From contig DQNS01000028.1 of assembly GCA_015659035.1 (NCBI GenBank), forward strand, positions 8,711-72,710: 64,000 bases of DNA, written 5' to 3'. The DNA comes from Acidobacteriota bacterium. Its GTDB lineage: Bacteria; Acidobacteriota; Vicinamibacteria; Vicinamibacterales; UBA8438. The position numbers and the translations under genes were made by a program. This document shows, piece after piece, positions 45,914-54,439 of the stretch (position 1 is the stretch's first letter; each line of letters begins with the position of its first letter). The notes beneath the pieces were generated by a model. That model was not told the DNA's origin and did no database searches. It saw nothing but the letters and a program-made list of their open reading frames with translations.

Positions 45914-46064
45914 CGGGAATAGCCGCGCCAGGACGACGAGGTAGGTGAAGAAGCCGCAGACGATCTATTCGGAGATGCGCACCGTTTCATCCTCGCAGCG
46001 TCACCCGCGGCACGCAACCCGTGGGGCGAGCCATCCGTCTCACGTCGTAGCTCGCAAGGGCAGG

Positions 46065-47372
46065 TCATGCCCGACGCGCCACACCGATGGCGGGTTTGAT
46101 CAGCCAGAGGTTCCCAACGATCCGCCCGAGCAGGATGGCCGTTGCGGCCGCCACCGCGCCGACCCACGACAGCGAGTGGATCGTGACCGCGAGCACGGTG
46201 ACAACCGTGGCGACCTCGGCGACCGACGCCCAGGTGATCGACGTCGTCTCGCGTGCGTGCACCAGCACGGCACGCTGGAACGCCATCCACACCGAGCCGA
46301 CTGGAAACAACGCCAGGATCTGCACCGGCCGGAACGCGAACGCCGAGAGCTCGGGGGTCAGCCCGGAGATGTCCAGGAACCAGATGGACGCCAGCGGGGT
46401 ATAGGCGATGAGCCCGAGTCCAGCCGCTGCGGTTACGGCCAGCCCGCACGCGAAGTTCCGGATCTGCCGATAGTGCTGCCGCCGGTCGCCGAGCAGGGCG
46501 ATCCCGACCTCCTGATAGGAGAGTCCCAGCGCTCTGAAAATGAAGGTCAGCCCGTGGACAACCGGCAGCACCGCCAGGGACTGGAGCGCGAACCGGCTTT
46601 GTCCCATGAAGAACGTGACCATCGGCTGGACCGCCATCGCGAGCACGGAGGTCAGGGCCAGCGGCAGGTAGAAGCTGGCGATCGCCCCCAGCGTCAGCGG
46701 GGTCGTGCTCGCCCGCTCTAGTTGTCCGTCGAGCAGCTTCGAGACGATCTCACGGGTCATCCAGCGGCTCGCCACCGCCTCGACGACCACGCCGACGGCC
46801 AGCGCCGCCGCTCCGACATGGACACCCTGGAGAGAAGGGATCCGTGAGACCACCAGCGCCACGATCGACATGGTGACCAGCCGCAACACCGTCCCATAGG
46901 CGACGCGGCGGGTCAGGTTGTGGCTGATCAGCAGGCCCTGCTGGAACCGGCGGTACCCGATCGCGACCGGCCAGGGGAGCATGATGGCGAGGCCCTGGTG
47001 GGTCAGGCGTGCGACCTCGGGTGGCAGCCCGACCATGTCGGCGATCCAGGCGAAGACCGGCGGCAAGACGACGACCAACTGGGCGCCCGTCAGGATCGCG
47101 CCGAGACCGTAGGCGAAGCGGCGCAGTGCGAGGTAGCTGTGCCGGCTCCGGACGAGCGCCGTCGCCGCGGTCATCAGCATGATGACCGGTGCTTCGATGA
47201 TGATAGCGAACGCGAAGGCGACCCCGAAGGCAGCGAGGTTTTCGGTCGGTCGATCGAGGCGCGCGATGATCGCGGCCAGATACGGGCCCTCGACGGCCAT
47301 CATCAGCCAGGTGCCGGCGAGGGGCAGCCAAAACAGGAAAATCTGCCGGTAGGTGAGCGTCGAGCCGTGCAT
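46065..47372 (-). CDS. MOP/MATE-superfamily flippase-like membrane protein
   Basis: 435 aa with about 12 TM segments. No soluble domain is present. Family assignment is by overall pattern only. Confidence 0.55.
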   Translation of the reverse strand: MHGSTLTYRQIFLFWLPLAGTWLMMAVEGPYLAAIIARLDRPTENLAAFGVAFAFAIIIEAPVIMLMTAATALVRSRHSYLALRRFAYGLGAILTGAQLVVVLPPVFAWIADMVGLPPEVARLTHQGLAIMLPWPVAIGYRRFQQGLLISHNLTRRVAYGTVLRLVTMSIVALVVSRIPSLQGVHVGAAALAVGVVVEAVASRWMTREIVSKLLDGQLERASTTPLTLGAIASFYLPLALTSVLAMAVQPMVTFFMGQSRFALQSLAVLPVVHGLTFIFRALGLSYQEVGIALLGDRRQHYRQIRNFACGLAVTAAAGLGLIAYTPLASIWFLDISGLTPELSAFAFRPVQILALFPVGSVWMAFQRAVLVHARETTSITWASVAEVATVVTVLAVTIHSLSWVGAVAAATAILLGRIVGNLWLIKPAIGVARRA

Positions 47373-47479
47373 GCCGAGCCGTTGATGTTATCCGACGTAC
47401 TGGCCCCCCTTGCCAGCCGGGCGCCTCGCCACCCTCGGTGCGTCACCGTAACTACGACCGGGGCCAGTACACAAGAAAC

Positions 47480-47506
47480 GGGATGCCCGCGTCTGGCGGG
47501 CATCCC
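47480..47506 (-). terminator. rho-independent terminator after the pilin gene
   Basis: Perfect 11-bp stem GGGATGCCCGC/GCGGGCATCCC with a 5-nt loop, followed on the minus strand by GTTTCTTGTGT. It lies about 50 nt after the pilin stop. Confidence 0.65.
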
Positions 47507-47554
47507 GTGGCTGTTCCCGACTCGGGGGATAACCCCGGGCGTCGTGCCGCTCGG

Positions 47555-48079
47555 TTACTGGATCGGGGAGGCGCCGGCGGGGGCACCATTCTGCGTCACG
47601 GCGACGGTCGCCGTGGAGGTGTAGACTGTGCCGCCCTGGTTGGTCCCGAAGAAGCGCACGCCGCCGCCCGATGACGGGGCCGCGCCCGCGAAGTAGGTCG
47701 AGACGGTCGCGCCCGCGGCGACGCCGTTACAGGACGCCGGCGCCCCGGGGACCGTCGTGCCGGGGGTCAGGGCTATCGTGTAGCTGCTCTTCATCGACGG
47801 GTCGGTGCTGAGGTCGGTCCCGACGAAGCCGTCGCCGCCACCCACCGTCGGGGGGGTCGCGAGCGAGACGAGGCTGGGCGCGTAGAACCCGCTGCCGCAG
47901 CTGGCCGCGTAGGTCGACTGGGCCGAGCTGATGGCGCGCAGTGACCCGATCGAGGAGGCCTCGTTGCCCGCCATGCGAGCCCGCAGCAGGCCCGGCACGG
48001 CGATGGCCGCGATGATGCCGATGATGGCGACGACGATGAGCAGTTCGATGAGGGTGAAGCCCTTGGTGTTGCTCCGCAT
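47555..48079 (-). CDS. type IV pilin / type II secretion pseudopilin-like protein
   Basis: Prepilin leader and methylation motif MRSNTKG|FTLIELLIVVAIIGIIAAIAVP. AAGGAG RBS at 7-nt spacing. Confidence 0.85.
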   Translation of the reverse strand: MRSNTKGFTLIELLIVVAIIGIIAAIAVPGLLRARMAGNEASSIGSLRAISSAQSTYAASCGSGFYAPSLVSLATPPTVGGGDGFVGTDLSTDPSMKSSYTIALTPGTTVPGAPASCNGVAAGATVSTYFAGAAPSSGGGVRFFGTNQGGTVYTSTATVAVTQNGAPAGASPIQ

Positions 48080-48162
48080 GGTCCGTCTCCTTGTGGCCGA
48101 ATCAGCTCGGCCAGGTGTGATGCTTCCGTGATGGGCGTTCCGTGTTCACTGCCAACAAGTGA

Positions 48163-48178
48163 AGCAAATGCAATGCCA
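48163..48178 (-). promoter_or_regulatory. sigma-54 (-24/-12) promoter for the pilin gene
   Basis: The minus strand reads TGGCAT-tgcat-TTGCT, matching the consensus TGGCAC-N5-TTGCW with exact spacing. It lies about 85-100 nt upstream of ATG 48079. Confidence 0.65.
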
Positions 48179-48263
48179 GAATAGATATATTTACATAAGA
48201 CATTTACGTACAGTAAGTTACAGAATACATGTGATCTGTGGACAACATTTTAAGACACATAAC

Positions 48264-48301
48264 GTCATTAAAATGACCAATATTTTGTCAATTAGTGACA
48301 A
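48264..48301. promoter_or_regulatory. two perfect palindromes in the AT-rich island (GTCATT-AA-AATGAC at 48264-48277; TTGTCA-ATTAG-TGACAA at 48285-48301); candidate enhancer-binding-protein sites
   Basis: Read directly. They lie about 90-125 nt upstream of the -24 element. Several TGTC/GACA motifs are nearby. Confidence 0.4.
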
Positions 48302-48344
48302 ATAATGTCTAGATGAGCGCAAGACGATGCGGCTGGGCTGTGCG

Positions 48345-49583
48345 CTAAGCGACCGGCATTGCCGGAAGCCGGCGGAACAGACGCACGAGAAGGCCTAGCG
48401 AGACGAGGAACAGCAGCGACCCCAGGAAGAACGGGGCGCCGGGCAGGATGACCGGCGCGGCGGCCGATGTGAAGAAGCTGAATAGTCCGGCCGTGAAGAT
48501 GAGCGGCGAGAAGATGGCGGTCAGGCTGGTCAGCGACGTGAATGCTGCGTGAATCTTCCCCTGCTCGGAGGGGAGCACTGTGCCGGCCACCAGCCCTTGA
48601 ATCGTCGGGAGTGCAACACCCGCCAGCGCGCCGAAGACGATGATGACCGACACCATCCAGCCCTGACTGGCGAGACCATAGGCCAGAAACGCCAGCGTCG
48701 ACACCGTCAGGCCCAGCGTGATCGACCGGCGTTCGCCGATCCGTGCAACGATCGGTTTGATCAGCAACCCCTGGACCAGCACCGCCATCACCCCGACCAG
48801 CCCCAGCGTCAGCCCGTTGGTCAGCAAGTCCCATCCGTAGCGGAACCCCGTGTATAGGATCCAGACGTTCTCGAGCCCGCGCTGTGCCATCGTCGCAAAG
48901 AGAAACGCGACCGCCAGCCCGGCCACGAGCGGATAGGTACCCAGCCGCCGCAGACTGGCCAGCGGGTTCATCTTCCGCCAGGAAACGGTGCTGCGATGTT
49001 CGGGCGCGAGCGATTCGGGCAGGACGAAGAACCCGTAGAGCCAGTTGACCAGTGCCAGCCCGGCCGCGACGAAAAACGGCAACCGCAGGCTGATGGCGCC
49101 CAGTAGCCCGCCCAGCACCGGTCCGAAGATGAAACCCAGGCCGAAGGCGGCGCCGACGAAGCCGAAGTTCTGGGCTCGGGTCTGGGGTGTCGAGACGTCG
49201 GCGATGTACGCGTTGGCGGTGGTGATGCTGGCGCCCATGATGCCCGCGATGATGCGCCCCAGGAACAACCAGCCGATGCTCGGGGCCCATCCCTGGATGA
49301 GGTAGTCGATGCCCAGGCCGAAGAGCGACACCAGGATGACCGGTCGCCGGCCATACCGATCCGACAGCGCGCCGAGGACCGGCGCGCACAGAAACTGCAT
49401 CGTCGCGTAGGTGGAGATGATGACGCCGTAGTAGACCGCGGCCTGTACATTATTCCCGCCCAGGAACTCCCTGATGAGCACCGGCAGGATCGGGACGATG
49501 ATGCCGATCCCGAGGATATCAATGAACAGCGTCACGAGAATGAAGGCCATCCCCGCCTGACGTGTCCGCGCTCCGAATGCCAT
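48345..49583 (-). CDS. MFS transporter (TCR/Tet-like drug:H+ antiporter family)
   Basis: [12 protein letters not shown] (motif A) and 12 TM segments. Confidence 0.85.
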   Translation of the reverse strand: MAFGARTRQAGMAFILVTLFIDILGIGIIVPILPVLIREFLGGNNVQAAVYYGVIISTYATMQFLCAPVLGALSDRYGRRPVILVSLFGLGIDYLIQGWAPSIGWLFLGRIIAGIMGASITTANAYIADVSTPQTRAQNFGFVGAAFGLGFIFGPVLGGLLGAISLRLPFFVAAGLALVNWLYGFFVLPESLAPEHRSTVSWRKMNPLASLRRLGTYPLVAGLAVAFLFATMAQRGLENVWILYTGFRYGWDLLTNGLTLGLVGVMAVLVQGLLIKPIVARIGERRSITLGLTVSTLAFLAYGLASQGWMVSVIIVFGALAGVALPTIQGLVAGTVLPSEQGKIHAAFTSLTSLTAIFSPLIFTAGLFSFFTSAAAPVILPGAPFFLGSLLFLVSLGLLVRLFRRLPAMPVA

Positions 49584-49601
49584 GTATCAGGGTGATGAGA
49601 A

Positions 49602-49638
49602 CTCCCTCTCCCTCTGGGAGAGGACCGGGGTGAGGGCC
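49602..49638 (+). repeat. REP-like element (CTCCCTCTCCCTCTGGGAGAGGACCGGGGTGAGGGCC)
   Basis: Read directly. Confidence 0.7.
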
Positions 49639-49726
49639 ACGAGCACAAGCCCGTCAGTATCTCACGGACGCCGCGTTCGTTCTGTGGCCCGCCCGTCGGG
49701 TGACCCGAGCTTTTGTCCGCCGCAGG

Positions 49727-51205
49727 TCACGTCGTGACCGCGGCGTCCTCTCCGACCGGGGCGCTAGCCGGGAGCTTCGCGATCGAGATGTTGGTCCAGC
49801 CGTAGAGGGCGGCCACCAGCGGGTTGATGAGGTTGAAGAAGCAGAACGGGGCGTAGGTCAGGGTGGCGACACCGAGCGTGCTGGCCATGTAGGCGCCGCA
49901 GGTGTTCCAGGGGACCAGCACCGACGTGATGGTGCCGGCGTCTTCCAGCGTTCGTGACAGGTTCTTGGGGTCGAGTCCCCGTCGCGCGAACTCCGCGCGG
50001 AACATCCGTCCAGGCAGGACGATCGCGATGTACTGGTCGGATGCCAGTACGTTGGTGCCGAACGCCGTCAGCAGGGTGGCCGTGATGAGGCTGCCGGTGC
50101 TATCGACGAAGCCCAGGATCTTCCCGGCGATCGCCTGCAGCTGACCGGTGGTCTCCATGACCGCGCCGAACATCATCGCCGTCATGATGAGCCACACCGT
50201 CATCAGCATGCTCGCCATGCCGCCGCGGCTGAGGAGGTCATCGAGCGCCGGGTTCCCTGACTCGAGCGTGAACCCGTCGAAGAGCGCGATCCAGCAGCCC
50301 TTGACCAGCGCCAGCGGGCGCGCCAGGGTGGGGTCGTCCACGAACGTCACCACCGTCTCGCTCTGAAAGAGCACCGCGAAGAGCGCGCCCGTCAGGGCGC
50401 CGACGAGCAGCGCCGGCAACGCCGGTACCCGGCGGACGATGAGTACCAGTACAAGCACGACCGGGATGAGCAGGTGTGGGCCGATCACAAACTCCCGTTC
50501 GAGCGCGTCGAGGACGACCGCTAGGTCCTGGGTGGGGCCGGGGGTCGGGGCCACGAACCCGGCGGCGGCGAAGAGCACCAGCGCGAACGCCATGCTGGGG
50601 GCTGTTGTCCAGACCATGTGCCGGATGTGGGTGAACAGGTCGGTGCCGGCCACCGCGGGCGCCAGGTTCGTTGTGTCGGACAGCGCCGACATCTTGTCGC
50701 CGAAGTAGGCGCCCGAAATGATGGCGCCGGCCGCCAGCCCGAGGTTGAGCCCCTGCGCTGTGGCGATGCCGACCAGCGCGATGCCGATGGTGCCCGCGGT
50801 GGTCCAGGAGCTGCCGGTCGCCAGCGACACCAGGGCGCAGATGACACAGGCGGCCGCGTAGAAGACCGAGGGGGACAGAATCGAGAGCCCGTAGTAGATC
50901 ATGGTGGGCACCACCCCAGCCAGGATCCACGTGCCGATCAGCGCGCCCACCACCAACAGAATCAGCAGGGCGCTCATCGAGACCGAGATGCCCTGGCTGA
51001 TGCCCCGCTCGATCGCCTGCCACGAGTGCCCATTGCGGATCCCGACGAGGGCGGCAGCGGCCGCCGCCAGGATGAGCGCGATCTGGTTGGGTCCGCTCGA
51101 TGATCCGTCTCCAAAGAGGTAGACCGAGGCGGCCAGCAGTCCGATCAGCAGTCCGACGGGCACGAGTGCCTGGGCGACGGAGGGGCGCGCGGGACTGTCG
51201 GGCAT
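49727..51205 (-). CDS. nhaC: Na+/H+ antiporter NhaC family protein
   Basis: 492 aa and polytopic. GSSWTTAGTIG and SGAYFGDKMSALSDTTNLA motifs. Confidence 0.8.
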   Translation of the reverse strand: MPDSPARPSVAQALVPVGLLIGLLAASVYLFGDGSSSGPNQIALILAAAAAALVGIRNGHSWQAIERGISQGISVSMSALLILLVVGALIGTWILAGVVPTMIYYGLSILSPSVFYAAACVICALVSLATGSSWTTAGTIGIALVGIATAQGLNLGLAAGAIISGAYFGDKMSALSDTTNLAPAVAGTDLFTHIRHMVWTTAPSMAFALVLFAAAGFVAPTPGPTQDLAVVLDALEREFVIGPHLLIPVVLVLVLIVRRVPALPALLVGALTGALFAVLFQSETVVTFVDDPTLARPLALVKGCWIALFDGFTLESGNPALDDLLSRGGMASMLMTVWLIMTAMMFGAVMETTGQLQAIAGKILGFVDSTGSLITATLLTAFGTNVLASDQYIAIVLPGRMFRAEFARRGLDPKNLSRTLEDAGTITSVLVPWNTCGAYMASTLGVATLTYAPFCFFNLINPLVAALYGWTNISIAKLPASAPVGEDAAVTT

Positions 51206-51235
51206 CGCGGGGCGGGGGTCAGATCTGCCGGGCCG

Positions 51236-51922
51236 TCACAGCCGGGTCGCCCGTGCGGTCCTTTCATCATCCGGGGACGCGGGCGTATCCGTCGATGGGA
51301 GATAGAACGTGAAAGTCGAGTCACAACCGAGCTCACTCGCCACCTCGATGAACCCACCGCTCTGCTTGATGATCCCGTAGGCGGATGCCAGGCCCATCCC
51401 AGCGCCCTTGCCCTCTTCCTTGGTGGTGAAGAAGGGCTCGAACAGGTGTGCCCTGGTCTGGGCATCAATGCCGTCACCGGTGTCGATGACCGCCACCATC
51501 GCGTAGGGGCCAGGCGCCAGCGGCGGATGGTGTCGCACTCGCGGGTCGTCCAGCGTCACGTTGGCGGTGTAGACCTCGTTGGCCTGCTCGACGAGCTGCT
51601 CCATGCGTCGGGTCGTGGCGCGGGCGTGGTCGGCGGTCTTTCGCTCGTCAGTCACCTCTTCGAAGGCGCCGACAATCGGCGACCGGCCCGCGTCGTCGTC
51701 CGGGGCGCGCGACAGGTGTGGTTGGACCCAGCGCTCGGTGTCGTCTGGCGCGCCGAGTTTCAGGTCGATCCGGAGCGATGTCCCGTCAGCGGCCAGCGCC
51801 GCGAGGGCCGAGGCGCTGGCGCTGTCGAGCACCGCCATCCCGATCTGCGCATGGTCGGAGACCGCCCGCGTTGCATCGCGCACCGACATCGTCCCACGCG
51901 GGTCATCGAGCTCAGACGTCAT
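51236..51922 (-). CDS. histidine-kinase-like protein retaining a PAS-like end and the G1/F/G2 ATPase boxes but lacking the H-box (HisKA) and N-box
   Basis: VTDERKTA (PAS end) runs after about 20 residues into ANVTLDD...PGPYAMVAVIDTGDGI (G1), FEPFFTTK (F) and GKGAGMGLA (G2). I can find no phospho-acceptor His motif. Confidence 0.55.
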   Translation of the reverse strand: MTSELDDPRGTMSVRDATRAVSDHAQIGMAVLDSASASALAALAADGTSLRIDLKLGAPDDTERWVQPHLSRAPDDDAGRSPIVGAFEEVTDERKTADHARATTRRMEQLVEQANEVYTANVTLDDPRVRHHPPLAPGPYAMVAVIDTGDGIDAQTRAHLFEPFFTTKEEGKGAGMGLASAYGIIKQSGGFIEVASELGCDSTFTFYLPSTDTPASPDDERTARATRL

Positions 51923-52415
51923 CGTCCTCGGCTTGTGCGTAGATCTGCGGGGCGCGCTTGATGACCACGGTCAGACCGAAGAGGGCAATGAGCGTCGCGG
52001 CGGCGAGCCCCAGATAGGCGCCGGTCGCCATGACCGGCTCGAGGGTCGGCGACACAGCGACCCCGTCGACGATGGCGCGTGCCTGGGCGGTCGCCCAGCC
52101 CTGCTGGGAGGCGTTGCGCTCCATGAGCCGTTCGGCGAGGAAGAGGACGCCGAACGCGAACAACCCGACGAGCAGCAGTGGATGCCTGGAGTTCTTTCTA
52201 GTGGAGATGCTGAGCCCCGCCAGGACCACGGCGAGGATCGCGAGACCGAGGACCCAGAGACCGGCGATGTCGGGCACGCCGCCGAAGCGCTGGGTGCCGA
52301 CGACGATCCAGGGCATGAAGGCGCTCGACCCGAGAAGCACCGCGGCCGCTAGCGGCAGGTAGTAGGCTCGCATCGGGTGCCGGAGGGTCCCGACGACCGC
52401 CTCACGTAGTGCCAT
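51912..52415 (-). CDS. hypothetical integral membrane protein (4-5 TM segments)
   Basis: Track ORF 51912..52445 (TTG start); ATG 52415 is preferred. Hydrophobic segments are coherent. It overlaps the downstream gene's start by 11 nt. Confidence 0.55.
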   Translation of the reverse strand: MALREAVVGTLRHPMRAYYLPLAAAVLLGSSAFMPWIVVGTQRFGGVPDIAGLWVLGLAILAVVLAGLSISTRKNSRHPLLLVGLFAFGVLFLAERLMERNASQQGWATAQARAIVDGVAVSPTLEPVMATGAYLGLAAATLIALFGLTVVIKRAPQIYAQAEDDDV

Positions 52416-52674
52416 GGCGGGAGTGTACCATCGCCGTTTCGCCAAGCCGATCGCCGGAGTCTACACTGGAACGGACTGAAGGGCCCGGTCAAGAAAAACT
52501 TCGCATTTCTGACCGCCGATCCATCCGGGCGACGCTGCGCCTCAACACCACCCAGACGATCGGCGGCGCAGCCTCGCTGGCTCCTCCTGTCACAGCCCCG
52601 CTACGCGGGGGCTCGACATCTCCGCGTGTCATGAACACTTGCTTCAAACGTGACGATGTCACCGTAGAAGATGT

Positions 52675-53487
52675 CTAGCGCGGCTGTGTGACCGCGGCAA
52701 GCCGGATCAGCAGCCGCTCTACGGCCGCCGGGTCCTTCAGGCGATGCGCCGCCTGTGACGGCCGCCGGCCGACGACGATGGTGATGCCCCGTGTGCCCAC
52801 CGCGTCGAACGCATGCTCGTCGGTCCGGTCATCGCCCAGGTAGATCGGCCGGACGACAGAGCCAAGCCGACGGGTGGCGTCGGCCTCGATCCAGCGCACC
52901 GCATCCCCTTTGTGCCATGCGATGTCGGGGAGCAGCTCGAACACGCACTCGCCGCGCTGCAGCCGGAGGGTCCCCGCGTCGAGCGCCGGCGTGGCCAACG
53001 ACCAGAACGCGTGCTCGGCTCGCTGCCGATCGGCGGCCGACGCCGCCCGCACGTGCAAGGCCCACGACAGTTCCTTGTTCTCGAGAAAGGCGCCCGGCAG
53101 GGGTGCGACCGCCGCCGTGATCGACCGGGCGAGCTCAGCCAACAGGTCACGCCGCGCAGCCAGGTGCGGGACCTCGAACCTGGCGTCCGGTCCGTCGATC
53201 TCCATGCCATGGAGACCGGCGTAGTAGATGGGTCCGTCCAACGTGGTGCGTCGCCGAATGTCGGCGGCCCGGCGCCCGCTGACGACCCCGACGCTCAGGC
53301 CCCGCCGTGTTGCCAGCGTTGACAGCGCTGTGCGGCATGGGTCTGACAGGAACACCGCGGCCGGGTCGGTCTGGAACTCGCACAGCGTCCCGTCGAAGTC
53401 GGTCAGCAGCAGCAAGGGGCGCCTGCGGTCGCGCATGATCGCGGCGACGACATCGTCTACGGTCGAGGACAAAGGATCGACAGACAC
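52675..53487 (-). CDS. otsB: trehalose-phosphatase (HAD superfamily)
   Basis: LLLLTDFDGTL (HAD motif I), VVSGR, WHKGDAV, YLGDDRTDE. The start is uncertain (GTG 53487 or ATG 53436). The track start at 53583 lies in repeat sequence. Confidence 0.7.
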   Translation of the reverse strand: MSVDPLSSTVDDVVAAIMRDRRRPLLLLTDFDGTLCEFQTDPAAVFLSDPCRTALSTLATRRGLSVGVVSGRRAADIRRRTTLDGPIYYAGLHGMEIDGPDARFEVPHLAARRDLLAELARSITAAVAPLPGAFLENKELSWALHVRAASAADRQRAEHAFWSLATPALDAGTLRLQRGECVFELLPDIAWHKGDAVRWIEADATRRLGSVVRPIYLGDDRTDEHAFDAVGTRGITIVVGRRPSQAAHRLKDPAAVERLLIRLAAVTQPR

Positions 53488-53593
53488 CGGCGACAAGCCT
53501 ACCCGAAGGAGGCGACAGACGCGGGGCAGGTTGCTAAAGAATGCGGCGAAGCCTCCCGACTTCCTCTTGTCTCCTTCAAGCACTCGCCTTGGC

Positions 53594-54439
53594 TTAGAAC
53601 GCGTCCGGGTGCAGCGCTCGCGCGATCGCCGCCGTCGCCTCGGCCAGACGGGGGCCCGGCACCACGAACTGGTTGCCGAGCAGCAGATGCACGCGCCCGT
53701 TCCGGACCGCCGGGATCACCGGCAGCCGGTTCCAGACCGCGATCTCCGATGCCTGGTTGTCCGGGGTCATCCGGTCGTCGTAGGTGAGCTCGATGATGAC
53801 ATCGGGTGCCGCCGTCAGAATCGCCTCGGAGGTCAGCTGCACCGACTCGCGCCGCACGTCGGCGAACACGTTGTCCCCGCCGGCCGCTTCCAGCATGTCG
53901 TGCAGGAACCCGAACCCGCCGCTGGCGTAGATGTTCCGGAGCGAGCGTGGCTCGCGCCCGAAGACGAGGAGCACTCGGGGGCGAGCCCGGCCAGCGGTGC
54001 GCGCCCGCAGGTCAGCGAGCTGCGCCTCGATCGCGGTGGCCACACGCTGGGCTTGTGTCGTGTGGCCCGTGCGCGTCCCGAGCTGCCGGATGACCGACAG
54101 CGTGTCGGCGAGCCCGCCGTGCGCATAGGAGAACACCGGGATGCCGGCCCGCGTCAGTTGCTGAATCTGGTCCTGCTGGCTGCCGTAGAGGATGACGAGA
54201 TCGGGACGCAGTGCGAAGATCAGCTCCATGTTGGGGTCGATTAACCCGCCGACACGCGGCAGGGTCGCGACCTCTGCTGGGTGCGTGTCGAAGCTGCCGA
54301 CACCCACTAGCTGGGGACCGGCGCCGATCGCGAACAGGGTCTCGGTCAGCGCGGGCACGATGGAGACGATCCGCTCGGGGCGCTGCTGCGCGGTGACCAC
54401 GAGAACGAGACATGCTGCCAGCCCCGCTGTCATCCTCAT
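53594..54439 (-). CDS. btuF: cobalamin/iron-chelate ABC transporter periplasmic binding protein (BtuF-like)
   Basis: Track ORF 53594..54547. ATG 54439 gives the signal MRMTAGLAACLVLVV and an ATGA overlap with the permease stop. RIVSIVPALTETLFAIGAG is the typical cluster A-II N-terminus. The operon is preceded by a cobalamin riboswitch. Confidence 0.65.
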   Translation of the reverse strand: MRMTAGLAACLVLVVTAQQRPERIVSIVPALTETLFAIGAGPQLVGVGSFDTHPAEVATLPRVGGLIDPNMELIFALRPDLVILYGSQQDQIQQLTRAGIPVFSYAHGGLADTLSVIRQLGTRTGHTTQAQRVATAIEAQLADLRARTAGRARPRVLLVFGREPRSLRNIYASGGFGFLHDMLEAAGGDNVFADVRRESVQLTSEAILTAAPDVIIELTYDDRMTPDNQASEIAVWNRLPVIPAVRNGRVHLLLGNQFVVPGPRLAEATAAIARALHPDAF

